Shown here: positions 53,706 through 64,000 of the stretch, piece by piece
Layout: each line of letters starts with the position of its first letter
Position numbering within the stretch: the stretch's first letter is position 1
Source of the DNA: Balanoglossus misakiensis
Taxonomy: Eukaryota > Animalia > Hemichordata
Reading direction: 5' to 3'
Assembly (NCBI GenBank): GCA_040954595.2
Contig: CM082581.2
Coordinates: forward strand, 9,713,878 to 9,777,877
Length of the DNA: 64,000 nt
Notes under the pieces: generated by a model
Told to the model about the DNA's origin: nothing
The model's database searches: none
Seen by the model: only the letters and a program-made list of their open reading frames with translations
Translations under genes and position numbers: made by a program

Positions 53706-56700
53706 ATGCTGGACGGTTGGATTCTGGCCGCGTGCGCCGTCCTCTGTCTGACCAATGGTAAGTTAACCTGTTCGTATACTCCTGCACAAATCGTGTTGAG
53801 CTACCTCCCGTTTTTGCAGTTCATAGGATTGCAAAGGCCCTGGCCCTATGCATCGAATTGTAGTGCTGGTGTGTATTTTTGGACGCTCGCATTTAACAAT
53901 GTTGTCTGTGTAAGAACAATGATAACGACGGCAATAGAGACATCAGGTATGATATCGTCCACGTCATCTTTTATCACTTGAAAATCCATTACTACAACTG
54001 CTCAGATAAAAAAAAAACTCTGATGTTTAGTTCCTGTATATTAAAGTGTACGGCGATCTTTTTGCATGCCCAACAGTGCCAACACAGTACACCTATAGGT
54101 AGAATGATTCATCAATACATTTAAATCCACATCAACAAATGTGCATGCATGCGCCGTAGGATATCATCTTTCACGCAGAGATTGGCAGTGATTCCCGGCA
54201 GTAGATTACTGATGATTTCACCCAGAGCTCTGGCACGAGATTGTTTCGCAACGCAACTACAGTGAAGTTTTATGGTACGCCTAGACGATGAACGGTCTTT
54301 GCGCTTGTTTTTTTAGTTTGTCCTTTGTTATTTTCGTGGCAAAGCAACCTTACAGGACAGGGCATTTACAGCTAGAATGGGAATATTGCCGAGATATAAT
54401 ATTGTAATATTGTTCGATACAATAATTTCAATTCACTCCAAAATCTATACACAATGAAAGTTAACAATTACTAAAAAACGGCTGCAGGGATTTAAGTCAT
54501 GTTGAAAATGTTCTGTAAAGCTACTAGTATACAACAAAAATGTAAAGGGAAATGGGTTAATGCCAATAAGCCTGGGACGGAGATTGTTGTGCCTCGTGCC
54601 TCGCAGGACCAAGCTTGGTAATGCTCTAAAAGCTGCTGGTTATTTTGTTGGCTGCCAGTGTATGATTTATTGTAATCTGTGACCCTGTGCAAGCTACAAA
54701 GGTCACCGATCACTTTTCATGTGTGGTTTTAACTCATAAAATGTCATTGCTGTAAATATATGCACAAATGAGACAGAGACCAGTAACTATGCTCTCAGTT
54801 CGCATATGAGAAAAAAAGTGACAAAATAACCTTAAATAAATTGGAGTTCGAAGTCGTAAGTTAAAATACAGAACAGACACCACTATATGTAAGAATCAAT
54901 GAGTGACTGACGTTTAATTGAACTATACCCCTTTACGAAAGTAAAGCGGTTATGCATTCAATGCCACATCATTGCTTTTAAATTCGTCAACTAGGGGGTA
55001 ACTGTCAATTTTCCCTTTTTTGAATAACAAAGGAAAATTAAATTGTGATAGCTTAGCGAGGTCAAAGATTATCCATTAAGCTTCATCATTTTCCTTGACT
55101 TTCTCAAATAAGCATTTTTTGCGACAGATTAAAATGTAAATCCTGCGAAAATGAAACGGTACAAATGTAGATGAAATATTCTGATGTGTTATTGGAGATA
55201 TGAATAGGCTCTGGTATGTTCTACTGTTCCCGAACAGGCTCCACCATCGGGGATAAGACATTTGACTCACCATGCTATCACTGAACATTTCCCTGTAAGC
55301 CAACAACACGAATAAATATATACATAGCTCGGCTTAGGGTAATAACTGAATAATGGCGTTTAATAGTAGACATAGCTCGTGGTTAATTCTCCTCGGTTAA
55401 TTTGAAAATATCCTATTGAAGCAAAAATTATTTCAGTGCATCCATCATATTACTCAATCCTTTTAACGTGACTGATTGATCGTATCTGTGATTGCTTGTT
55501 TGTTTTCCTTGTCACTCTGCTTCCTGTACAGTTCATGTGGCTTATATTTCATAATATCTGAATAATGAATTGCGCGTCTCCAGATATTTACACCTTCATA
55601 CTCGTGTTTCGGTAATATAATTCTATTGTGTGCCTTCAGGAAGCACAGGTTTCGTGATCTGAAGTTCCGTGCCACTGAGACGCACGCGCAGCGCTGACAC
55701 TCAGTGTCAATTGTGCGCGTCCATTGTCTGCAATGGCGGACGCTGTTGTTCGACGGCCCAGATGAGTTTGACCTTGCTTCAGCGCGATTCAACTGAAATC
55801 GGTTTAGGTTCAGAATTCCCTTGGTAGCGTAATAAGTTTTACTATCTCTTTGATGTACATACAATTGCCATTAACAACCGGCGTCCCATTTTCTTTAGTT
55901 TCCATTCTCGGTGAATTTAATCACCCTGTAAAAATAGAAGACATCTTAGTAATCTATTTTCCGTTTTTTCATTCAGTAATCTCTGCGCAGTGCACATCAG
56001 AAGAGTAATCTAATAATCAAAAGTTAGTTTGTGTGTGCAGCGGCGTGTGATTGGTAAAATTCCAGTTTTGCTATTAACGTATTTCTTATTATCTCTGGTA
56101 GGCGTGTGCAATATATAAGGGTTTCATATTAGCCCAAACAAAAAAAGGTTTATTACAAAGTTAACCATACTCATATATTTTCAAGCCTCAGTCTTATCAA
56201 GACAAGGCTATTTAAGTAATATTTAAGTATAAACACTTTCAAATCAATGGAAAATTTCCATAATTAATGAACTTTTGAAATCAGTGCTACATTTCTGAAG
56301 TTACAGCACCCATAGCAGCACCGTTCATCTGATGAAACTTGTCGACGTGGTGCGCATGTATCGAGTTTTGCAACGCGTCAAAAAACGTCATGATGACTTT
56401 TGAAGCTGCATGTACTCAAACAAAGCATGGACTCAACGAAGTGAATAACCCACAGGTCCTGTCCACATTAACTTTGATGGTAACACTGAAACTATGCACA
56501 TTGGGGTCATGGGGTTAAATCTAACAAACGACTGAAGGACAAATGTATGATTGAAATCCCTGCTTCATTAAACTTTCGCCCCTTCATCAAATTGTTAATT
56601 GTAGCACCGATGCAGAGATGACAGTTTTCTTTCTGCCATCTGTCACTCTGGTGGGTTTCGGGGCGAGCACTTCTAGCAACAATTAAGCGCATTATCGACG

Positions 56701-59700
56701 CACATTTGTACCAGTAACAATCACAGATGGTACAAAGGTCACATATACGACCTTCTGAACAGCAATTTAGTTATCTTACTGGATGTTAAATGGACCGTGA
56801 CAGAGTAGGTATCTTCTGCAATATGTGACGTGTGACTTGCCAATTAATGTGAATATTTAACCGTCGACATAATTTGCGGTATGTCCCGGACACTGTCACC
56901 TGAGTGAATTAAAGAATAAGAACACAGGAACTATGTAATTTCATAGTTTGTATTTAACGCCTCCATACTTCAAAAGTATACGCGCCCCATCTCTCTTTTC
57001 ATGACATCATTATTAAAAGCACCACAAAACCTGCATCTGAATGTTTTCCTAAATAAATCAAATCACTCTCAACAGAACTCAATGATCCGTTTTCAAAACG
57101 TTAACACCTCGTTTTTCCTCCATTTTATCCTCCAGGTTCATACGCATCTGATGCGGAACAGCGGCTACAAAATGACCTTTTTAACGGCTACAATAAATAC
57201 ATAAGGCCGGTTTTGAACACCACCGAACCGGTTCTGCTGAATATCGGACTATCCATCACGCAGCTACTGGACGTGGTGAGTATACTGTGCCCCTGTCAGA
57301 ATTCAGAACTGAAGGCACGGCAAGATATCTCAAACATTTAGAACTGTTACCATCGTTACATGGATACAATAATGTGATCTTCGGGAAATACACGTGCCCT
57401 ATGTAAATCGAACTACGGGGACAAGTTACCCCTATAGCTTTTTGCCCTGCACTCGCTTATCAACATTGAAAATAGCCGAACATAGGCTTCTGGAACTTTG
57501 CAATATATCTGACATTTATGGGTAGAATGTCTGTGTTTATGTTTACAACAGCCATTATTTTGTAGAGTGCCACATATGGTCTAAGGGTCAACTATTTCGC
57601 GACATTACTAATCCCGCCACAAAAGGGACACTGGGACACGTTTCCCATGATATGGCGATATTTTGAGGATTAGATGCACCGTGAATTCATATCGGCAGTG
57701 ATTCTGAAAGATTTATGTAGACTTCAGTGTAGATATACCATATGTTGATAATAGGCCTGCCCAGCGCATATACCGCCAACATATGATGTTTAATTGCCGA
57801 CGTAAGTCCAGATGAAAAGATTTCCTTTCTGACTCGTTGCAACTACCCATGTATCGTACCAAGATATACATTATCAGACAAAAGAGAGAGCTGGACATGT
57901 ATTAAATTATCATTTTTATCACTCTTTCAGGATGAGAAAAATCAGATAATAACGACTGGGGTTTGGATGAATCAGGTAATGACTTCATTGTGTTTCTTAG
58001 TTTCCACACTGTTTCGCTGTATGCATTATTTATGTCAAAAAGTGCGTCGTTGACACATCTGGGTTTGACGTTTTGCATTTAGAATCGTGAGTGGCCATGA
58101 AATCTATGGGGAATTTTGCCGAGGTTTGTCCTCTAAGCCACTTCAAGGGCACCGCGCAATTTACCCCGCTATTGTTTACCATCTATATGATTCTAAAACA
58201 ATAGTTAATCCATCAGTTTACCGAAGTAGTGGCCGGTGATATAAAATGCGTCGTTTCAACATCATATGCTACGTACGTTTGGATTGTTTGTTTGTTTGTT
58301 CATGTGGCACTGTCTCGTGTTGACGGTGCTGTTGTCATTTTTATAGCGTGACATTTTGGTCGTGTGATTTATTGCGATATTTTAAGAACACAACCCGCAC
58401 TTTGTCTTACTGCGAAAGAACCGTGTCCGTGGTCTGTGTTTACGTTTGGGTCACGACTCGGTGCGGAACGACGGACGTAGCATGCGGACGCGTCATTGTG
58501 TTCAAGCTATATTTGCTGTGAACTTTGATTATTTTCCTCAGTCTTTTTGTATTGTGAATCAACATCGTTTTCTTGTCTGTCTCCACGAAACACAATGACA
58601 CGCCCAGTATTTAGTTTCTCAACAGTTAAGTCCGACAAAACCTTCCATTTCAAGATTTTCCGTCTGTCTATTTCCAACCATCACAAGGCTCTTGCAACGC
58701 ACAATTCACGTTCACAGTGATATACCAACAGCTGTTACCTCGCCAGTGTTCATTTCTGCATGGGTGACACAAATTGAACAATAGAAGTGTATCAACTCCC
58801 AATAAAAATTGCCGTCCCATATTCGTGTATATTAGCCCCTTTCCGTAAAAATCCCGAAGAATGGTTTGTAAGCTAGCTTAAATAGAAAATATAAATAATA
58901 TCAGAATTTGAAATTACTTTCTTAAATAGGTCACGTCATTGTCTTCAACCTTGACTTACTTGTAAATACTACAAAACATATCGATATGTACTTAGTCATG
59001 TTTTTTTAAATATTTCACCTTGTATTGTTTTGAGTTTAAAAGGGCGTTCCTCTATATGTCAAGGCCCATGATAATATTTCCTGGCTTTCAACCGCATGCG
59101 CAGTGGCCAAAATTTAACACTTTTTTACAGTTACACCCTAGCTTTCTGGCTCAGCATCCATCACCTTTCTTAATATGTATCCCAATTTCCTTTAATTTCT
59201 AGTTCTGGGTTGATTACCGTTTCAAGTGGGACCCGGATGATTACGATGGTTTGGATTTAATCGTTGTGCCGTTCGAATGGGTCTGGTATCCCGATATAGT
59301 ACTGGATAACAGGTGAGGCGCGCTTCGGTTAGCTTGCCTATAAAGTAAGACATTCATGACGGTAATATGATGGAAATTTTCAGAATGATCAGCTCTTGAT
59401 GTGGCAGGTGGTTTCTTTTTGAGAGAACGCAAACTGTGAAGGACATGCAGACATACGTGCGGAACTACAGAAATACAAAAAGTACTATAGAAATACATAA
59501 CAGATTAATACACACAGAAATATACAATAGTAATTATGCTAGTAGTATTTTTTGAAATACTAAACAAACGTAACATTTTCCCTTTGCAGTGCTGATGGAA
59601 AGTATGAGCTACCCACATGGAAGTATACCTCCATCATTTACGACGGGACTGTGTGGGTGACTCCACCCGGAGTGTTGAAAAGTCCATGTCCCATCAACGT

Positions 59701-61051
59701 GAAATATTTCCCGTTTGATTCTCAGACGTGCAAGTTATCCTTCGGTCCGTGGGAGTTCACAGCACTCACTGTCCGACTGACGCCGATCGAAGGTTACATC
59801 GTCCGAGAGAACTACATCGAAAACGTCGAATGGGAGTTTGTGAATTCAACCGCGCTGGAAATCTACGAAGCCAATGAGTGTTGCCCCGACGAGGCGTACA
59901 GTGTTGTGTTGTACACAATACACCTGCGCCGACGCCCTTTGTTTTACGTGCTGAACATCCTTGTTCCGTGTTTTGTAATGTCTTTGCTAACTTTGGTGGT
60001 GTTTTATCTGCCGTCCGATTCGGGCGAAAAGATGACGTTGAGCATCTCAGTGTTACTGGCCATCTCCGTGTTCAACCTCCTGATCTTTGAAATCATGCCA
60101 CCGACTTCGGACTCGGTCCCGTTGATCGGCAAGTACTTACTCTTCAACATGGCGCTGGTGATGATTTCAATCGTCCTCTCGGTGACTGTATTAAACTTGC
60201 ACCATCGCTGCATGCGGACGTACAGAATGCCCGAGTGGGTGAGGAAATTCTTCCTGTACACGTTCCCACCCTACGTGTTTCTCATGCCGTACCCTTTCGA
60301 CGCTTCGAAGCTGAGAGACGAGTACCTCGCCAGCTGCGAGCGGGAGGACACCTCCCACCCTCTGCCAAACGCTGCCAGGCGATTCGCCTTTCGCCTCGGC
60401 AGTATGGCGGAGAGCGACAATTTCGCGTTCGTCGTCGACGACAATCACGCACACCATGGACACCACCAAAGAAACATACCGTTGAAAACGATATCCAGCA
60501 AAGTGACCGACAACGGCCGAATCAAATTAAACACATCGCCGACACGATCCAGCATCGTGGATTTTGACCACCCTGTTGAAAGTCACTGCAATGGTACACT
60601 CTCGCAGTTTGCCTCAAACGGACACACGAACAATTGTGTAAATGGCCCCAGTGTGGACAGCTCAAGAGACAATCTCGAAAGGACTTTACTGGAAGAACTA
60701 GAGTTCATTACACGACGCTTGAGATTTGACGACTGGGACTACGAGGTAGCGCACCTCACTTTTTTTCCACGAACATAACGATTTACAGTTAGCCCAATTT
60801 GCACACACATTTATGTACATATGGTTTGCGTCTGTTTCTGTGTATACAGAGGCTATAGCTACACAGCTGTACATTGAAATTGGGGGAATATTGGGACCAT
60901 TATAAATGATCAAATTACTTGGTTTTGATTTCAGGTACGAGAGGAGTGGAAGTTCGTTGCCATGGTTGTGGACCGGGTTTGCCTCATCTTCTTCAGTGCG
61001 GTGACCGTGGGTGGAACTTGCGGCATCTTGTTTAGCGCGCCGACGATATAA
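53706..61051 (+). CDS. Nicotinic acetylcholine receptor alpha-type subunit (Cys-loop channel); exons 53706-53757, 57136-57275, 57931-57975, 59203-59312, 59590-60745, 60935-61051; 539 aa
   Basis: Signal peptide, EQRLQNDLFNGYNKYIRPV, QLLDVDEKNQ, WYPDIVL, Cys-loop CPINVKYFPFDSQTC, vicinal CC, RRRPLFYVLN (M1), DSGEKMTLSISVLL (M2), PLIGKY (M3) and EEWKFVAMVVDR (M4). The 45- and 110-nt exons match the conserved nAChR gene layout. Confidence 0.95.
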
Positions 61052-64000
61052 AGACGCCGACCAGCACGAAGATGGAACAGTCAGTCAGACAGCTCGGTCC
61101 CGCTGTTCGAGTTTCGTGCGGGCCCCCCTTCGCGGCTTACGGCGCAGAAAGTGACCGTTGATACGGAGGCTCATCCATCATACAATACACAGAGAGATTA
61201 CAGCGGAACACGTCACCGCAAATGATGTTTCATTTCTCATTCGTGTCGATGACGACAGGTGTGACGCATCGATCTGTAGATCGGCGACTCCGAAGCTGGA
61301 CGCAGTGTTTGATTTGTCAATACCGTAGTTATTATCTGACTACGGTAATTGAAATCTTGCCGACGGGCAGTAGACGTCCCAACAAAACGGTTGGCAAATA
61401 TGATACATTTCTTTAATAAGTCGATTCATTTCACAGTATACCATGGGTAAACATCACGATTACTAAGTTGTTCATTAAATTAACTCAGTTAGTACTTCTA
61501 GACCCTAAAATGTGGAACGCGTTATTTATTGTCGCAATATTTGGGACATACCACTAATTATAAAAAATGAGTCAAACTGAAGGGCGTGGCCTGTGCTGCC
61601 AAGAGATTATTTGTATACGTTCAATACCATACGAGCCTCGGTTATTTATATACATGTACCCATATTGGGTTTGACAACAACAACAACATGAAGTAAATAT
61701 ACAAGCAAGTACTGTGCGAGGGCGCTGTTCGTGGCGATGTATTGGAACGAATGATCGGGAAAAAACAAGTAGTTTGCCTCACAAGACAAGGAGGATAGAA
61801 TCCCGTGACATATGATGACCATAAAACAACTTTGAACAGCCGGCAAGGTGCAACACTCAACAATCTATGAATTGCTTCGAAGAGTAACGCGTCTGACTGA
61901 AGCGACTTTAGTGCAATCGTGCGCGCAGAGATGGGAGAATTTTAACGGAGTAACATCGAGTGGTACTAGGTTCCACGTGATACATATGAACTCTGCGGCT
62001 ATATACGGAGCGCCTTACAAAGCAAAAACCATTAGCGCCGCTCCACTGCTAGATATTCTCAGATGTACCGGCAAACATTCAATGTTTTGTTACATTGCGC
62101 CCACGGCGTCAACAGACAAATCAATCTCAGTGATGTCAACGGTATAAATAAAGGATACAACATTTGTTGCGTGCAGAATGCCCCTTCTGAACTCACAGAC
62201 TACGCTAAAAATCATCAGCTAACACAATGAGCTACAGGCTGGGTAAACCCATTCAGGTGCAAACGTCAATCGTTGTTTATTTTGTCAAAGTAAAGTTGTC
62301 TCGTTCTGTCAAGCCAATATTAAAGTATCATGCATTGAAACGGATGTGTCATATTACTGGTAACATAGTGAATATTGCTCTGCCTCAACAGAGAAAATTG
62401 GTTGTCATGGCGACCTGTTCAGTTTTTAAAACCCCACGTGATTAAATACAAATTAATGGGTGCCAGAAAAGGCAGAAGTTTATGACAATCAAGAAACTTT
62501 TTCACTTTTCGGTCATTTCATATCAAAAGCGCAGCGTCGGCTCCCGGACATAATATGACAAGCATCATCAATAATGAACACAGAAGTCATAAAATATAAA
62601 TGTTCCACATATCACTTTCATTTTATCAATGTTTTCCCACACAAGCTCCTCAAGGAGACGAGCCAAGATGTTATCAAGAATATCAATATACCATATTCAT
62701 TGCGTTTGGTATGTTTGAAATGGGCTCTGGAAAAGATAAGATTATTGTTGACAAACTATTTTCGCTGTGTCAATCTTTAAAGCGCCCTCAAGACACAAAA
62801 TATCAAATTGTCTACCCCCGCACCCTTTCATAAATAATTGATAACCACGTCATGCCTCAGAGCATTTGTGTTTCATCGAAAGTTTGGCTTGCATAACGTT
62901 TCCATCAGCTACGCCTAAACCAAGTCTCGCGAGATCTCGCAACGAGCGGAAAATTTTCCATTGATTGTCATGAAATTGAACATCGATCAAGTGAAATCAT
63001 CTAAGCTATAATCCATATCAGCAAACAACTGCCAGTCTACTGGACTTGAAATGTTTGGATTAAAGATGACTAAAATATCACATTCAGCACAAAGATAAAT
63101 AAAATGTGCCATTTTCCATGTTTGTATTGCCGCGCTGTCAATTATTTTGTTTACCAACTTTTCAGATCGACGTTGTAGGGGGATATTGTTCTTGAAAATT
63201 TTTTTCGTCTTGTACAGCAGACATTTCTAACCCACTCTTGCACAAACTGCAATTATTTATATCACATCAATGTATTAATGTTTTTGCCTCAAGAAAGAGA
63301 TAGAACTTTATATTACATTAATTTATTAATATTTATTTGCTTCAAGGGAGAGATAGCACAAGCCTAATGGGCACGCACCATTTTGATGTGCAGCCACGTG
63401 AAACGCCGCTGGATTATTAGTTGGGGTCGGTGGAATTATGAATCACCTTTGCAATAATGGTCATGAAAGTTCACGTCCTACCCACCGCCCGGCCTAAAAG
63501 TTTTAAGGGGACAGTGGGATTAATAATTGAATAGTTGAGTATATAACGTATGCATATGCCATGTTAAAAAGCTGCTCAGTACATTTCAGCATGGTCTAGT
63601 GCTTCCTCGACCCCTCCTCCCCAAAATTTGTCAACGCAGTTTCATTTAGTTTTCAGTTGAGATTCTTGAAATAAAGTTTTCCGAAAATGATTTGTCTCAT
63701 TTGTTTGATTTTCGACCCCTTGTGTCGTAAAAAGCACGTTAGAACTAATTTATTTTACTTCAAAAAGTGCAGAAAACTGAGAAACACATTATTCAGCGAT
63801 TCTACAATATCTATTTTCTCAGACATCTTCTCCTTGACATATTAAGTCAATTTGAAAAAAAAAAAAACAGTACAAAGACGTGACATTTCATGTACATTTC
63901 TATGGCTTGAATTCGCAGAGTTGTCCGGTTACTCGTGTTTGAAATGTTATGTTACACATATCACTCGAGGGTCCCTTGTAATTCCCCATTGTCACACAAC

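Noticed and set aside
60746-60778. nAChR ORF ending at 60778, suggesting a receptor lacking M4
   Set aside because: This is read-through into the last intron. Exon 60935-61051 supplies a normal M4.

Overview
Intron-rich eukaryotic (animal) DNA, most likely an invertebrate deuterostome such as a hemichordate or echinoderm (inferred from gene content and intron positions, not proven). The ORF track is mostly exon fragments, so I rebuilt gene models by hand from GT-AG sites and reading phase. Left to right: a possible spliced minus-strand gene leaving the left edge; two tandem, divergent, secreted three-exon FGF ligand genes (10.5-13.1 kb and 20.6-24.0 kb); a compact, strictly alternating block of housekeeping genes ACADSB(-), RPL26(+), PYROXD2(-), V-ATPase subunit e(+), MAD1(-) and COMTD1-like(+); a young TA-flanked MITE; and a complete nicotinic acetylcholine receptor alpha-type subunit gene. 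The best leads are the FGF pair with a shortened, endocrine-like heparin-binding loop, and the nAChR subunit that keeps the vicinal cysteines but has lost two aromatic-box tyrosines. Also notable are a DR1 motif shared by three divergent promoters, tandem CLEAR-like boxes at the V-ATPase gene and CTCF-like motifs near gene boundaries. No CRISPR, rRNA, tRNA or prokaryotic-type system was seen. Novelty cannot be confirmed without database searches.
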